Of a DNA stretch of 64,000 nucleotides, positions 36,796 through 47,253 are shown piece by piece. Position 1 is the first letter of the stretch, and each line of letters starts with the position of its first letter. The notes beneath the pieces were generated by a model. The model was not told the DNA's origin, searched no databases, and saw only the letters and a list, made by a program, of their open reading frames with translations. The DNA is from an uncultured Lachnospiraceae bacterium (GTDB lineage: Bacteria > Bacillota > Clostridia > Oscillospirales > CAG-272), in NCBI GenBank assembly GCA_964570105.1, contig CAZMWM010000001.1, positions 7,803-71,802 on the forward strand. Reading direction: 5' to 3'. Both the position numbers and the translations under genes were made by a program.

Positions 36796-37419
36796 ATGCT
36801 CGAGCTTGGAATTTACGGCGGGACGTTCGCCCCGGTACACAACGGTCATATAGCCGCCGCGCGAGCCTTTTACACCCAAGCGCGGCTCGACAGGCTGCTT
36901 ATCGTGCCCACCCTCATCCCTCCGCACAAACAACTGACCTTCAAGGACGATCCGACAGATCGCCTGAATATGCTGAAGCTCGCTTTCGAAAATGAGATCG
37001 GATACGGGGATACACTCGTAATATCCGATCACGAGCTAAACTCCCCTCCCCCAAGCTATACGGTAAACACGTTGGAGCATTTTTCCTCACCGGATACGCA
37101 TATCACGTTTCTTTGCGGCACGGATATGTTCCTGACGCTTGACAGCTGGCGTTCCCCCGATAGGATATTTGCCTTGGCGACCGTCGCGGTAATGTTACGG
37201 GAGAGCCACGCAGACGACGCTTTGCTTGCGACGGTACGTGAATGCACCGAGCGTTATACGCGCAAGTACGGCGCTGACATACTTATGATAAAGTCGCCGC
37301 CCGTGGAGATCAGTTCATCCGATATACGCTCGGGAGACGACAGTTTAAAAAGAAGATTTCTTCCGCCGTCCGTATACGAATACCTCACAAGGAGACACCT
37401 ATATGAAGATCAACGGTAA
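36796..37419 (+). CDS. nadD: Nicotinate-nucleotide adenylyltransferase
   Basis: Carries the GIYGGTFAPVHNGH motif and a C-terminal ISSSDIR motif. Confidence 0.9.
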   Translation: MLELGIYGGTFAPVHNGHIAAARAFYTQARLDRLLIVPTLIPPHKQLTFKDDPTDRLNMLKLAFENEIGYGDTLVISDHELNSPPPSYTVNTLEHFSSPDTHITFLCGTDMFLTLDSWRSPDRIFALATVAVMLRESHADDALLATVRECTERYTRKYGADILMIKSPPVEISSSDIRSGDDSLKRRFLPPSVYEYLTRRHLYEDQR

Positions 37420-38032
37420 CACGGATAACGAGCTTGAGCGTTTAGCTCAAAAGGTCAACGGGTATATATCCGAAAAACGCTACGCACACACGCTCTCCGT
37501 CGAAGCCGAAACGGCACGGCTGTGCTCTCTTTTTGACATTCCCACGGCTCTTGGCTTCAAGCTCAGGTGCGCTGCTCTTTTGCACGACATCACCAAGGAG
37601 CTGACTCCCGCGGAGCAGATCGCGATATGCGACGTGGCAGGCATACCGTACGGCGATAACGAGCTGAACAGTCCCAAGGTATTCCACGCAATGACAGCTC
37701 CGGCTGTAATAAAAAAAGAGCTTCCCGAATACGCGGACGGCGAGATACTCTCCGCTATTCGCTGGCATACCACAGGACGTCCCGATATGACCGTCGGAGA
37801 AAAGCTCATATACCTTGCGGATTATATCGAGCCAACCAGAGATTTTTCTGACTGTATCACGCTCAGACGCGAATTTTACAGCGTCGAGACGCCCACACTT
37901 GAGCACCTTGACCGTATCCTTCTCCGTTCCTTTGAGATGACGCTTTCCGACCTTGAAGCGAACGCAAAGCCCGTACACCCAATGACACTTCTCTCAGCGG
38001 AATTTCTGAAAAACGAACTGCGATCCAACTGA
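37403..38032 (+). CDS. yqeK: HD-domain bis(5'-nucleosyl)-tetraphosphatase YqeK
   Basis: HD-domain pattern: RYAHTLSV...LLHDITKE. The conserved position after nadD supports the call. Confidence 0.85.
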   Translation: MKINGNTDNELERLAQKVNGYISEKRYAHTLSVEAETARLCSLFDIPTALGFKLRCAALLHDITKELTPAEQIAICDVAGIPYGDNELNSPKVFHAMTAPAVIKKELPEYADGEILSAIRWHTTGRPDMTVGEKLIYLADYIEPTRDFSDCITLRREFYSVETPTLEHLDRILLRSFEMTLSDLEANAKPVHPMTLLSAEFLKNELRSN

Positions 38033-38066
38033 TCCCCCAAAGCTCCAAAAAGAAAGGAAAATACCT

Positions 38067-38438
38067 ATGGAAAATATAAATAACGCCCCGTACGACCTCG
38101 CAAAAGCGATAATTCGGATACTCGATGAAAAACAAGCTCGCAGGATAAAGCTCCTTTTCGTCGAGGAGCGCACGTCGCTCACCGATTATTTTATCATATG
38201 CGAGGGACGTTCCACGACGCACGTAAACTCCTTGGCTGATGAGCTGACCGAACGGCTGAAAGCCGACGGGATATCTCCGCTACACATCGACGGTCATTCC
38301 AACGGAAGCTGGATAGCGATAGACTTCGCCTCCGTCATAGTTCACATCTTTGACCGAGGCACCCGAGAGTTCTACTCTCTCGAAAACCTTTGGAAGGACG
38401 GCAAGGAGATAGATATATCCGAGCTTATAACGGAATGA
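38067..38438 (+). CDS. rsfS: Ribosome silencing factor RsfS
   Basis: 123 aa with the DYFIICEGRSTTHV and W.AIDFASVIVHIF patterns. Confidence 0.9.
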   Translation: MENINNAPYDLAKAIIRILDEKQARRIKLLFVEERTSLTDYFIICEGRSTTHVNSLADELTERLKADGISPLHIDGHSNGSWIAIDFASVIVHIFDRGTREFYSLENLWKDGKEIDISELITE

Positions 38439-38453
38439 TATCCTCCAAAAAAC

Positions 38454-38499
38454 AAAACGCGTGATACGAGCGTCTATCGATGCCCGTGTCACGCGTTTT
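38454..38499. terminator. Possible bidirectional terminator
   Basis: Stem aaaacgcgtga (38454-64) with tcacgcgtttt (38489-99), between convergent genes. The loop is long (~24 nt), so this call is weaker. Confidence 0.4.
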
Positions 38500-38507
38500 C
38501 TACTGCG

Positions 38508-39191
38508 TTATATCTTATAAGCCTTCTCTATCGGTACCGTACACATGATACCGTGAGCTTCCGTTCTGAGTCCGAATTCTTTATTGACTTCGTCCATGAT
38601 CTGACCGCTGACGGTATCGGGAGCCATTATCAGGATCATCTCCCTTTCGTCTCCGATATCTATATCAGCAAGCTCCTTGAGCTTTTCGGACTCGGCAAGA
38701 CGTCCGCGGATGACCGTTCCTCCGGTCGCGCCTGCTTTTTTCGCAGTCTGCATTACTGCATCCGTATAGCCTTGAGCCACGGTTATAACTATAAGATTGT
38801 GCTTATGTTCATTTTTCATCTTAGTATCAACTCCTTTTCCCAGATCGACAGGCAATCCGTGACTGACCATCTCAGCCACCAGCCGATTTACAGATGATAG
38901 GCGCAAGACCATCATAAGACCGCCGTATTCGTAAGAGGTGCCCAAGCTGTTTCCGCTCTCGGCTATCATCTCCTTGACGGTCGCCTCAGGCGCAAAACTG
39001 AAAATTATATCCTTATCGTTGCTTCCGAGACCGAAAACATCCATCATCTCGGTGGGGGCGGTACCGGAGCCGACGCTTTGAAAGCAAAATCTCACCTCTC
39101 GCTCCGAAAGCGTATCTATCAGCCTTTTCCCCTTGCCTCTTGCAACTATGGATATCATAAGCATTACCTGCTTTGGCAAAGCGTTATTCAT
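38508..39191 (-). CDS. Tandem P-II (GlnB-like) domain protein
   Basis: Two repeats of a PII-like beta-alpha-beta pattern: MLMISIVARGKGKRLID... and HNLIVITVAQGYTDAVMQTAKKAGATGGTVIRGR. An RBS (gaagggga) precedes ATG 39191. Confidence 0.7.
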   Translation of the reverse strand: MNNALPKQVMLMISIVARGKGKRLIDTLSEREVRFCFQSVGSGTAPTEMMDVFGLGSNDKDIIFSFAPEATVKEMIAESGNSLGTSYEYGGLMMVLRLSSVNRLVAEMVSHGLPVDLGKGVDTKMKNEHKHNLIVITVAQGYTDAVMQTAKKAGATGGTVIRGRLAESEKLKELADIDIGDEREMILIMAPDTVSGQIMDEVNKEFGLRTEAHGIMCTVPIEKAYKI

Positions 39192-39299
39192 ATCAAATCC
39201 CCTTCTGCCGCCCATCGCGGCACGGATATCTTATGTCTCTGCGAGCGTATCCCGACGTCGTATCTCGGAAACGCCCGAGCATACATACGCTGTCAAGCT

Positions 39300-40808
39300 T
39301 TACTCGAAATAAACTATGTCGTCCGGTATCTGCGAGAATTCATCATGCGCCTTCTTGAGCCTTCTGTGGCGTCTGATATTTCCGCTGAGACCTAATATCT
39401 GTATACTTATAAGCGGCGTCATCGCGACCATTGCCACGATACCGAAGGCGTCCGTCAGGACGTTGCCGCCAAGCATCTCGCAAGCGCCGACCGCAAACGG
39501 CAACATAAACGTGGTGGTCATAGGACCGCTTGCAACTCCACCCGAGTCAAACGCTATACCGGTGTATATCGGCGGTACGAAGAAGGATATCGTAAGCGCG
39601 ATAACGTATCCGACCAAAACGAAGGGCAGGAACGGTATTTCGAGCAATACTCTCAGCATCGAGATACCGACTGCGACACCGACGCCGAGCGAAAGCGCAA
39701 GACCTACGGAGCGCTGTGATACCGCGCCGTTAGTGACCTCCACGACCTGCTTTTTCAGCGAATGCACCGCAGGCTCCGCGGAGACCACGAAATACCCCAT
39801 TACCATACCTATCGGAACGAGAAGCCATTTATACGGCTTTTCGGCTATCTCACTGCCCAGCAGCCGCCCGGCAGGCATAAAGCCCACGTTCGCCGCGGTA
39901 AGGAAAAGAACGAGACCTATGTAAGTATAGACGAGACCGACGCTGATCTTAGCTATCTGATGGCGGTGAAAACGCTTTGAGATCAACTGAAAGATCAAAA
40001 ACACCGCAACTATGGGCAAAAACGCGACCAAGACCTCCTCTGCGTATTGCGGAAAACCGTCAATGAGCGCTTTGAACGCATCCTGTGTCGTGGATACCGT
40101 AGGAATTACCGACTCAGAGGTCTTAGCATCGGAGCTATTAAAAAAACCGAGTATAAGCACGGAAAGTATAGGACCGATACTGCACAGCGCGATAAGACCG
40201 AAGCTGTTCTCTCCGGAACGCTTATTTCCGCTCATGCTTGCCATACCTGCACCGAGCGCCATAATAAAGGGAACGGTGATAGGTCCTGTCGTAACTCCGC
40301 CGGAATCGAACGCGGTCGGTACAAATGCGTCATCCACGAAGAACGCAAGAATCATTATTACGGCGTAGAAAGCTATAAGGAGCTTGGAAAGAGATATTCC
40401 CTTCCTCGTTCTTATCAACGAAATGGCAAGAAACAAGCCGACACCGAGCGCAACGCAAATGATAAGAAGCGTCTTACCGATCCCGGGCACCTGCTCGGCA
40501 AGCACCTGAAGATCAGGCTCGGCGATGGTTATGAGCACACCGAGAACGAAGCAGATGAGTACAGCAAGCCAGCTTTTTTTGCTCTTGCTGATCTGGATAC
40601 CGATACCCTCACCGAGCTGTTCCATCGAAATGCTCGAGCCTATAGTGAAAAAGCTCATTCCGAGAATAAGCAGGATAGTACCGAAGAGAAACAGCACGAG
40701 TATTCCCGGCTCAAGCGGCGCAAACGACACGCTCAGAAATAAAACTATCAACGCTATCGGCAACACCGAGTTAAGCGCTTCCTTAAAAGCTCCTTTGATC
40801 TGATTCAC
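39300..40808 (-). CDS. DUF1538-family polytopic membrane protein
   Basis: 502 aa with an internally duplicated membrane architecture. The two halves carry FDSGGVTTGPITVPF and FDSGGVASGPMTTTF. This family is commonly paired with PII-like genes. Confidence 0.7.
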   Translation of the reverse strand: MNQIKGAFKEALNSVLPIALIVLFLSVSFAPLEPGILVLFLFGTILLILGMSFFTIGSSISMEQLGEGIGIQISKSKKSWLAVLICFVLGVLITIAEPDLQVLAEQVPGIGKTLLIICVALGVGLFLAISLIRTRKGISLSKLLIAFYAVIMILAFFVDDAFVPTAFDSGGVTTGPITVPFIMALGAGMASMSGNKRSGENSFGLIALCSIGPILSVLILGFFNSSDAKTSESVIPTVSTTQDAFKALIDGFPQYAEEVLVAFLPIVAVFLIFQLISKRFHRHQIAKISVGLVYTYIGLVLFLTAANVGFMPAGRLLGSEIAEKPYKWLLVPIGMVMGYFVVSAEPAVHSLKKQVVEVTNGAVSQRSVGLALSLGVGVAVGISMLRVLLEIPFLPFVLVGYVIALTISFFVPPIYTGIAFDSGGVASGPMTTTFMLPFAVGACEMLGGNVLTDAFGIVAMVAMTPLISIQILGLSGNIRRHRRLKKAHDEFSQIPDDIVYFE

Positions 40809-40854
40809 GCATATACCTCCGCATCAACTTACCGTGGCACCAAAGCCTATGATA

Positions 40855-40882
40855 ATTATACCGCATACAGCGAAAAAGTCAA
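40855..40882 (-). promoter_or_regulatory. Sigma70-type promoter for the DUF1538/PII pair
   Basis: The minus strand reads TTGACT, a 16-nt spacer, then TATAAT. Confidence 0.45.
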
Positions 40883-40949
40883 GAGACACGGGCTTCCTTT
40901 TACATTTTTTTTACTTTTCCGAAATCTTGGTAAGCACCGAGCCGGGCTT

Positions 40950-42281
40950 TTAATAATTATACCTCTTGCGGTAGTAAAGCATAAGAGCCGCGGATACTAT
41001 AACGCTCGCCATCTCACTGATCACGAGAGACATCCAAACTCCGTCAAGCTTCCACAGCATAGGAAGCAGGATGATGCACGCGACCGGAAACACGAGTGCG
41101 CGCACGAACGAGATGACCGCCGAGACCACGCCGTTGTTGAGCGCTGTAAAAAATGACGATGCGTACATATTGAACCACATCACAAGGAATGGTATGGCGC
41201 ATATTCTGAATGCACGTGCGGTCATAGCGCAAAGCTCGACGTCGTATCCCACGAATATCTCCGCTATCGTACCTGCCAGCAGCATAGCACCGACAGTCAG
41301 CACTATCGCTACTCCGCCGAGCATCGTAAGGCTCTTTTTGAGGACATTTTTCATTTCCTTGTGGTTTTTCGCGCCGTAATGATATCCCATTATCGGAGAG
41401 CTTCCGGTAGAATATCCGACGTATATACCTATGAATATGAACGCGCCGTACATAACGACGCCGTAAGCCGCCACTCCGTCCTCGCCGGCATATTCCATAA
41501 GCTTCATATTGTACAGTATTCCGGTTATGGATCCCGAAACACTGCTGAGCATCTCGGACGAGCCGTTGACGCAAGCCTTGATCATAGGCACAAGCTCAAA
41601 TCTTGTCGCGGCAAACCTGAGCACCGAGGTGTTCTTTTTGCTCAAAAACCAAACGAGCGGGATAACTCCGGCAACGCATTGGCTTATTCCCGTGGCAAGC
41701 GCGGCACCTATAACGCCCATTTTGAGTATCGCCATAAAAAACCAGTCGAGGACCATATTCGTGACACCGGCGGCTATGACCACGCCGAGCGCAAGCTTCG
41801 GTCTTTCCGCGACTATGAGATAATTCTGAAAGGTATATTGCGCTTGAAGAGCCGTATTGAACAGGAGACATACCGTACCGTATGCGACGATATCTCCGAT
41901 CATGGCATCGGTCGCTCCAAAAAGATACGCCACCGGGCGAAGGAGCAGTATACCTATAGCCGTAAACAGCACACCGCTCACGACCATAAGATACATCATC
42001 ATAGTAAAAAAGCGTCTTGCCTTTAGTATATCGCCCTCGCCTATGGTCTTAGCAGTGAGCGCACTTCCTCCGACGCCGAGCATAGCTCCGACGCCGCCTA
42101 TCACCTGCAAATAAGGAATAATGAGATTGACCGAAGCAAAAGCCGTTTTTCCAACGAAATTTGAAACGAAAAAGCCGTCTACCATACCGTAGATCGACGT
42201 AAAGATCATTATTACCACGGACGGTAAGGTAAACCGTATGAGCTTTCCGTAGGTAAAATGATCTGACAACTGAATATTCAT
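40950..42281 (-). CDS. MATE family efflux transporter
   Basis: 443 aa, 12-TM type, with the N-terminal LIRFTLPSVVIMIFTSIYGMVDGFFVSNFVG pattern. Confidence 0.85.
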   Translation of the reverse strand: MNIQLSDHFTYGKLIRFTLPSVVIMIFTSIYGMVDGFFVSNFVGKTAFASVNLIIPYLQVIGGVGAMLGVGGSALTAKTIGEGDILKARRFFTMMMYLMVVSGVLFTAIGILLLRPVAYLFGATDAMIGDIVAYGTVCLLFNTALQAQYTFQNYLIVAERPKLALGVVIAAGVTNMVLDWFFMAILKMGVIGAALATGISQCVAGVIPLVWFLSKKNTSVLRFAATRFELVPMIKACVNGSSEMLSSVSGSITGILYNMKLMEYAGEDGVAAYGVVMYGAFIFIGIYVGYSTGSSPIMGYHYGAKNHKEMKNVLKKSLTMLGGVAIVLTVGAMLLAGTIAEIFVGYDVELCAMTARAFRICAIPFLVMWFNMYASSFFTALNNGVVSAVISFVRALVFPVACIILLPMLWKLDGVWMSLVISEMASVIVSAALMLYYRKRYNY

Positions 42282-42370
42282 AAGTAATATACGTTCCTTT
42301 CACGAGAGCGCAATAAAAACAGCGTAACGTCGTTACTTGGCGCAACGCTGTTTTTTCGGTCTCGGCTTTC

Positions 42371-43555
42371 TTAAAACTTTCTCCAGACCATCTTATTGAC
42401 CACGCCGGTATAGGACTGTATTATCTTAACTACCTTCGAAGAAACGTTCACATCCGTATAATCCGGGACAGGGATACCGTGATCTCCGTTTTCATTCATC
42501 GCCACAGCGGTATCTACCGCTTGAAGCAGAGACGTACCGTCGATACCGGCAAGCACGAAGCACGCCTTATCAAGAGCCTCCGGACGCTCCGTCGAGGTAC
42601 GGATGCAGACAGCCGGAAAAGGTCTGCCGATGGACGTAAAGAAGCTGCTCTCTTCCGGCAGAGTACCGGAGTCCGACACCACGGCAAAAGCATTCATCTG
42701 AAGGCAGTTGTAGTCGTGAAATCCGAGCGGCTCGTGGCGTATGACGCGTCGGTCAAGCTCAAATCCGCTTGCTTCAAGTCTCTTTCTGCTTCTCGGATGG
42801 CAGGAATACAGTATCGGCATATCGTATTTTTCAGCCATGGCATTTATAGCGCCGAAAAGCGAAAGAAAATTCTTTTCGGTATCGATATTCTCTTCCCTGT
42901 GGGCAGAAAGAAGTATATATCCGCCCTTTTTGAGACCGAGCCTTGAATGTATGTCGCTCTTTTCTATCTCGGGGAGATTTTCGCTGAGCACCTCCGCCAT
43001 AGGCGAGCCGGTGACGTAGGTACGCTCCTTCGGCAGACCGCACTCGTGCAGATAGCGTCTCGCATGCTCGGAATAAGCAAGATTTACATCGGATATTATG
43101 TCCACTATGCGCCTGTTCGTCTCTTCGGGCAGACATTCGTCCTTACATCTGTTTCCGGCTTCCATATGGAATATCGGTATATGCAGACGCTTGGCTGAGA
43201 TAGCCGAAAGACAGCTGTTGGTATCTCCGAGTATGAGCAGAGCATCCGGGCGGAGCTGAGCCATCAGCTTATAGGAGCAATTTATTATGTTTCCTACAGT
43301 CGCGCCGAGATCGTCGCCGACTGCGTTCATATAGACCTCAGGATCGGCAAGCTTCAGGTCCTTGAAGAAAACTCCGTTCAGATTGTAATCGTAATTCTGT
43401 CCCGTATGCGCCAGCACGCAGTCAAAATACCTGCGACACTTATTTATGACCGCCGCGAGACGTATTATCTCAGGTCTGGTGCCGACGATTATCAGTAATT
43501 TCAAGCGACCGTCGCCCTTAAATGCGACGTCGGAATAATCGAGTTTGATATCCAT
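42371..43555 (-). CDS. fnlC: UDP-N-acetylglucosamine 2-epimerase, non-hydrolysing (FnlC/Cap5G type)
   Basis: Has the IVGTRPEIIRLA N-terminal motif, GDTNS and HREEN blocks. It is contiguous with FnlA-like and FnlB-like genes. Confidence 0.8.
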   Translation of the reverse strand: MDIKLDYSDVAFKGDGRLKLLIIVGTRPEIIRLAAVINKCRRYFDCVLAHTGQNYDYNLNGVFFKDLKLADPEVYMNAVGDDLGATVGNIINCSYKLMAQLRPDALLILGDTNSCLSAISAKRLHIPIFHMEAGNRCKDECLPEETNRRIVDIISDVNLAYSEHARRYLHECGLPKERTYVTGSPMAEVLSENLPEIEKSDIHSRLGLKKGGYILLSAHREENIDTEKNFLSLFGAINAMAEKYDMPILYSCHPRSRKRLEASGFELDRRVIRHEPLGFHDYNCLQMNAFAVVSDSGTLPEESSFFTSIGRPFPAVCIRTSTERPEALDKACFVLAGIDGTSLLQAVDTAVAMNENGDHGIPVPDYTDVNVSSKVVKIIQSYTGVVNKMVWRKF

Positions 43556-43605
43556 ATCATTTCCGTCCTTGTTTATCAGCTTAAAATATGCACAGCCCGA
43601 CGTGC

Positions 43606-44802
43606 TTATACAGGCTCGCCGAACGTATCGGGCTTTGAACTGTCAAAGCATTCGTTCGCCCACATAAAGGTGATCATATCGTCGGTATCCGAAAGATTGA
43701 TGATGTCGTGCGTATATCCGGGAAGCATATGTATCGCCTCGAGCTTTTCGCCCGACACCTCAAACTCAAGCACCTCGTCCGATCCTATCCTGCGTTCTCT
43801 GATCAACCCGTGACCGGATACCACTATGAAAAATTCCCATTTGGTATTGTGCCAATGCTGTCCTTTGGTAATTCCCGGTCTTGAGATGTTCACCGAGAAC
43901 TGACCGCATTTTTCGGTGCGCAAAAGCTCGGTAAACGAGCCTCTTGCGTCCACGTTCATTTTTAGCGGAAAAGCCACCTTTTCCTTCGGAAGATACGAAA
44001 GATAAGTGCTGTACAGCTTTTTTGCAAAGCCGCCACTACAAAGCTCGGGCATCACGAGCGTTAGGGGCTGAGCGCTGAAGCTCTCCAAAAGCTCCACTAT
44101 CTCCCCCAGCGTCACCCTGTGAGTTATCGGAGCCATACAATAGCGTCCGTTCTCATCCGGAACAGCGTCCACGCCTTCAAAGTGACACCTATGCTCTTTT
44201 CCCTCAAGCGCAAGCAACATCTCGTCAACAAGATCGTCGATATAGAGCAGCTCGAGCTGTGCCGCGGAATCGTTTACCGTGATGGGAAGCCCCCGTGCGA
44301 TATTGTTGCAGAAGGTCGCGATCACGCTGTTATAATTCGGGCGGCACCATTTTCCGAACAGATTGGGAAAACGGTACACGAGCACTCGCGCTCCGGTCTC
44401 CTCCGCGTACGAGAAGAAAAGCTCCTCGCCGGCTTTTTTGCTCCTGCCGTAATCTCCATCGTACCGCCCGATAAGCGTAGCCTGTATGGACGAGGCAAGC
44501 ATAACGGGGCAACGGTTATCATACCTTTTCAGCGTATCGAGCAGGTCGGAGGCAAATCCGTAATTGCCCTTCATAAATTCATCCGTGCTTTGCGGACGGT
44601 TGACGCCTGCAAGATTGAACACGATATCCGCGTTATTACATCCTTCCTCAAGCACGTCTCGCGGCGTATCCACATCATACAGATACAACTCCCCGAGCTT
44701 AAGAGACGGATGCGTACGGTCCTTGCCGTCCCTGATATTTTTTAAAGCCTCAGAGAGATTTTTCCCAACGAAGCCGTACGCTCCGGTGATCAGTACGTTC
44801 AT
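43606..44802 (-). CDS. fnlB: SDR reductase with C-terminal cupin (FnlB/Cap5F type)
   Basis: Has an MNVLITGAYGFVGKNL Rossmann N-terminus and a C-terminal cupin region (GQHWHNTKWEFFIVVSG). An RBS (aaagaaagg) precedes ATG 44802; the track's longer start at 44859 is unlikely. Confidence 0.8.
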   Translation of the reverse strand: MNVLITGAYGFVGKNLSEALKNIRDGKDRTHPSLKLGELYLYDVDTPRDVLEEGCNNADIVFNLAGVNRPQSTDEFMKGNYGFASDLLDTLKRYDNRCPVMLASSIQATLIGRYDGDYGRSKKAGEELFFSYAEETGARVLVYRFPNLFGKWCRPNYNSVIATFCNNIARGLPITVNDSAAQLELLYIDDLVDEMLLALEGKEHRCHFEGVDAVPDENGRYCMAPITHRVTLGEIVELLESFSAQPLTLVMPELCSGGFAKKLYSTYLSYLPKEKVAFPLKMNVDARGSFTELLRTEKCGQFSVNISRPGITKGQHWHNTKWEFFIVVSGHGLIRERRIGSDEVLEFEVSGEKLEAIHMLPGYTHDIINLSDTDDMITFMWANECFDSSKPDTFGEPV

Positions 44803-44862
44803 AAATGCGACCTTTCTTTCCGCACAGATGCCGCCGACCTTTCCGCCGACGGTGTGCAAGGA

Positions 44863-45903
44863 TCATCTGCCCATTTTCGCCATTTCTTCTTTTATGTAAG
44901 CAAGAGAAGCTATCTTCTCCTTGGTCTCTTCAAGTCCGAGCCTTCTGGTGTTATTGGAATTGAACTCGGTAAGGGTGTTTCTTTCGACATCCCCTTCCTT
45001 GAAATACTTATCGTAATTGAGTCCTCTCTTATCGCAGGGAACGCGATAGAAATTACCGAGATCGACCGCGCGTGCACATTCTTCGTTCGTAAGAAGCGTT
45101 TCGTACATCTTTTCGCCGTGACGGATACCTATGACCTTTATAGCCGACTTGTCGCCGCCGAAAAGCTCACATACCGCCTCAGCCTGCGTTTGGATAGTGC
45201 ATGCAGGCGCCTTCTGGACGAGGATATCACCGGACGTACCGTGTTCAAACGCGAAGAGCACGAGATCCACCGCCTCCTCAAGCGACATTATGAAGCGCGT
45301 CATGCTTCCGTCGGTTATCGTGATCGGGTTTCCGTTCTTTATCTGATCTATCCAAAGCGGTATGACCGAGCCGCGACTGCACATAACGTTACCGTAACGG
45401 GTACAGCATATCTTAGTGGTCGAGGTGGTGCGCGACTTGGCAACGATGACCTTCTCCATCATAGCCTTGCTCGTACCCATCGCATTGATCGGATACGCCG
45501 CCTTATCGGTGGAAAGGCAGATGACGGTCTCCACCCCCTCCTCTATCGCCGCGGTAAGAACATTTTCGGTACCGAGCACATTGGTCTTTACAGCCTCAAT
45601 AGGGAAAAATTCACAGCTCGGGACCTGCTTCAGCGCCGCCGCGTGAAAGATATAATCGACGCCGTGCATCGCGTTTCGCACAGATGCTATATCGCGGACG
45701 TCACCGATATAAAAGCGTATCTTCTCCGCGACCTCCGGCATCTTGGCCTGAAACTCGTGGCGCATATCGTCCTGCTTTTTTTCATCACGCGAAAAGACGC
45801 GTATCTCTCCGATATCGGTACGGAGAAAGCGGTTGAGAACGGCGTTTCCGAAGCTTCCCGTTCCACCGGTTATCAATAAGGTCTTGTTAGTAAAAAGCGA
45901 CAT
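44863..45903 (-). CDS. fnlA: UDP-GlcNAc 4,6-dehydratase/5-epimerase (FnlA/Cap5E type)
   Basis: Has the KTLLITGGTGSFGNAV motif and polysaccharide-biosynthesis CapD-like blocks (TDKAAYPINAMGTSKAM, TRYGNV). Confidence 0.85.
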   Translation of the reverse strand: MSLFTNKTLLITGGTGSFGNAVLNRFLRTDIGEIRVFSRDEKKQDDMRHEFQAKMPEVAEKIRFYIGDVRDIASVRNAMHGVDYIFHAAALKQVPSCEFFPIEAVKTNVLGTENVLTAAIEEGVETVICLSTDKAAYPINAMGTSKAMMEKVIVAKSRTTSTTKICCTRYGNVMCSRGSVIPLWIDQIKNGNPITITDGSMTRFIMSLEEAVDLVLFAFEHGTSGDILVQKAPACTIQTQAEAVCELFGGDKSAIKVIGIRHGEKMYETLLTNEECARAVDLGNFYRVPCDKRGLNYDKYFKEGDVERNTLTEFNSNNTRRLGLEETKEKIASLAYIKEEMAKMGR

Positions 45904-45972
45904 TTTAATTCATCCCTTCCGGTCGATACAGACCGTTTTATTTTATTTTAGCCCGTTCATTCGCACGGGACG

Positions 45973-47253
45973 TCATTTCTTCAAAAATGCCTTCACCTGG
46001 GCTATATCCTCCTTCTGAATAAACAAAAGCTTAGGATAGCTTATATTGCTTACGCGATGGAAGTATACCAAAAAGCAGATGCCGCACACCACATAGGCGG
46101 TCACGGAGACGATACCCGCTCCCCATATACCGTACAGGGGTATAGTGAAAAGATTTCCAACTATGTTTATGAGCGCGGCGCCACCCAAAAACAGCAGATT
46201 GATCCAACGCCTTCCCTGAGATATATTGTAGGAATATATCATCTTGTAGAATATCATTCCGAACACGCCGACCAGCATCAAAAGCATAACGTAATACGAC
46301 TGAGCAAACTCGGGACCGTAAAGCAGGGCGACCGCCGGCTTTCCGATAAGTATCAGACCTATTATCGCCACAAGGCAGAAGAACAGATTTATACGCAGTA
46401 CCTTGGCGACCTCGTCCTCACGTTTTCCCTTTATCAGCCGTGATAGCAGGATATCCTTGATAGCATCGGGTATCATCCATATCTTGTTTGCAAGCGCAAC
46501 ACCGGTAGAATATATACCTATATCGGCATAGCTGACATTATCGAAACGCTTCAGCATCTGTATATCTATCTTGTAATTCACCGTCATACACAGATACACG
46601 AGCATCGGCACGAATCCAAAGCGCACGAAGGACGGTATACGCCTCACCTGAGGGCGTATCCTCAGCGGATTAAACCTGAGATTTATAAAGGAAAGTATCA
46701 GATTTGCGATAACGGTACTGACGAAATACGCAAGCACCGTAAACTCGGACGGCTCGACAAATATCCAAAGAAATACGAGCAATACTATCTCTGATGCACT
46801 TATAACAAGTGACGAGATGTTCCGCCGACGCGGACTTTCCACCAGAACTATGTAGTTCAGCTGTTTTACGTAGACCTCTATCGGCATAAGCAGGATAGCC
46901 AACCGCAGATACTTTGCCAAGTCGAGCTGCCAAAGGACCACAGCCACCGCGACCGCCAGCACCTCGTATATCGCAAACATAGTGCTTATATTGTTTACGT
47001 ATTCACCGAATATATCCGGCTCTTTTTTACGGAAGAACGGATACGCCTGATACACACCAAGCCCGAGAAATACCGCGTACAGCGTAACGTCATTCTGAAC
47101 GACCGCCATTATTCCCTTAAGCTCGGCGCCAAAAAACCTCGCCGTCATCGAGCCGACGACTATACCGAGAACGACACCCATCGCCTTGGCGAAAACGGAA
47201 AAAATATAATCGTTATTGTAGAAGCTTTTTACTAAATTAGTGATCTTTTTCAT
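45973..47253 (-). CDS. wzx: Wzx-type oligosaccharide flippase
   Basis: A 426-aa polytopic membrane protein with MOP/PST-like topology, inside the glycan locus. Confidence 0.7.
   Translation of the reverse strand: MKKITNLVKSFYNNDYIFSVFAKAMGVVLGIVVGSMTARFFGAELKGIMAVVQNDVTLYAVFLGLGVYQAYPFFRKKEPDIFGEYVNNISTMFAIYEVLAVAVAVVLWQLDLAKYLRLAILLMPIEVYVKQLNYIVLVESPRRRNISSLVISASEIVLLVFLWIFVEPSEFTVLAYFVSTVIANLILSFINLRFNPLRIRPQVRRIPSFVRFGFVPMLVYLCMTVNYKIDIQMLKRFDNVSYADIGIYSTGVALANKIWMIPDAIKDILLSRLIKGKREDEVAKVLRINLFFCLVAIIGLILIGKPAVALLYGPEFAQSYYVMLLMLVGVFGMIFYKMIYSYNISQGRRWINLLFLGGAALINIVGNLFTIPLYGIWGAGIVSVTAYVVCGICFLVYFHRVSNISYPKLLFIQKEDIAQVKAFLKK

Noticed and set aside
44854-45879. 341-aa plus-strand ORF antisense to the fnlA-like gene (and likewise 55358-56236 antisense to the WbuB-like gene, and 57240-57917 antisense to the kinase)
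   Set aside because: These are Arg/Leu-rich shadow ORFs opposite strongly motif-supported genes.
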